This document shows, one piece after another, positions 63,675-64,000 of a DNA stretch of 64,000 bases (positions are counted from its first letter, which is position 1; every line of letters starts with the position of its first letter). The translations under genes were made by a program, and so were the position numbers. Source of the DNA: Azolla caroliniana (Eukaryota; Plantae; Polypodiophyta); assembly GCA_043228905.1 (NCBI GenBank), contig JBHGNT010000002.1, positions 5,580,001-5,644,000 of the forward strand. The letters run 5' to 3'. Under the pieces are notes generated by a model. The model saw only the letters and a program-made list of their open reading frames with translations, searched no databases and was not told the DNA's origin.

Positions 63675-64000
63675 GTATGTTTGCCTTCCTTTTTACATTG
63701 CATCTTCTTCTTGTATGTAGTTTATTAAGTCATTAAGGTTGAGAGTTTGATTAGAATTTGTGTGATGACAAAATTACTCAAAGAATTGAGTAGAGCACCC
63801 AACAATCATTAGAGTTTTTTTTATGAATGTTAATCCTTTGGGTAAGATAACTATATAGTTTCCTTTTCTATGTATTAATATGTTCAATCATTTCCATTGA
63901 CATTTATCATTTTTAATGCTAAAAGTGTATTTGGTGTAATAACTTGATTTCTATTGGTTTTTGGTTTCAATTCATTTTGTAGATCCATCCATATTTTCTG

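Overview
Eukaryotic, AT-rich land-plant genomic DNA with GT-AG spliced genes. A fern-like, non-seed plant is my inference from the gene content and retroelement style. Six host genes can be modelled: exosome subunit RRP43 (+, 8 exons), DNA polymerase delta subunit 4 (+, 2 exons), an intronless ~1080-aa repeat-rich protein with a GIL1/IRKI-type C-terminal domain (+), the eIF4E-binding protein CBE1 (+, >=10 coding exons), a TIN1-family protein (+, 5' end unresolved) and an intact 4-exon acetate kinase (-). Mobile DNA comprises an internally deleted Ty1/copia element with LTRs, PBS, PPT and a 5-bp TSD; a decayed Ty3/gypsy element bounded by 27-bp terminal inverted repeats and inserted in a LINE remnant; two copies of a tRNA-headed SINE; two hAT-type MITE families with 8-bp TSDs, one nested in the other at the acetate kinase promoter; other retroelement remnants; and many tandem repeats. 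The most notable observations are the spliced plant acetate kinase, the SINE family, duplicated acceptor/exon starts in two genes that could act as poison exons, and the inverted-repeat-ended gypsy derivative. All family calls come from motif recognition by eye; no database searches were run.
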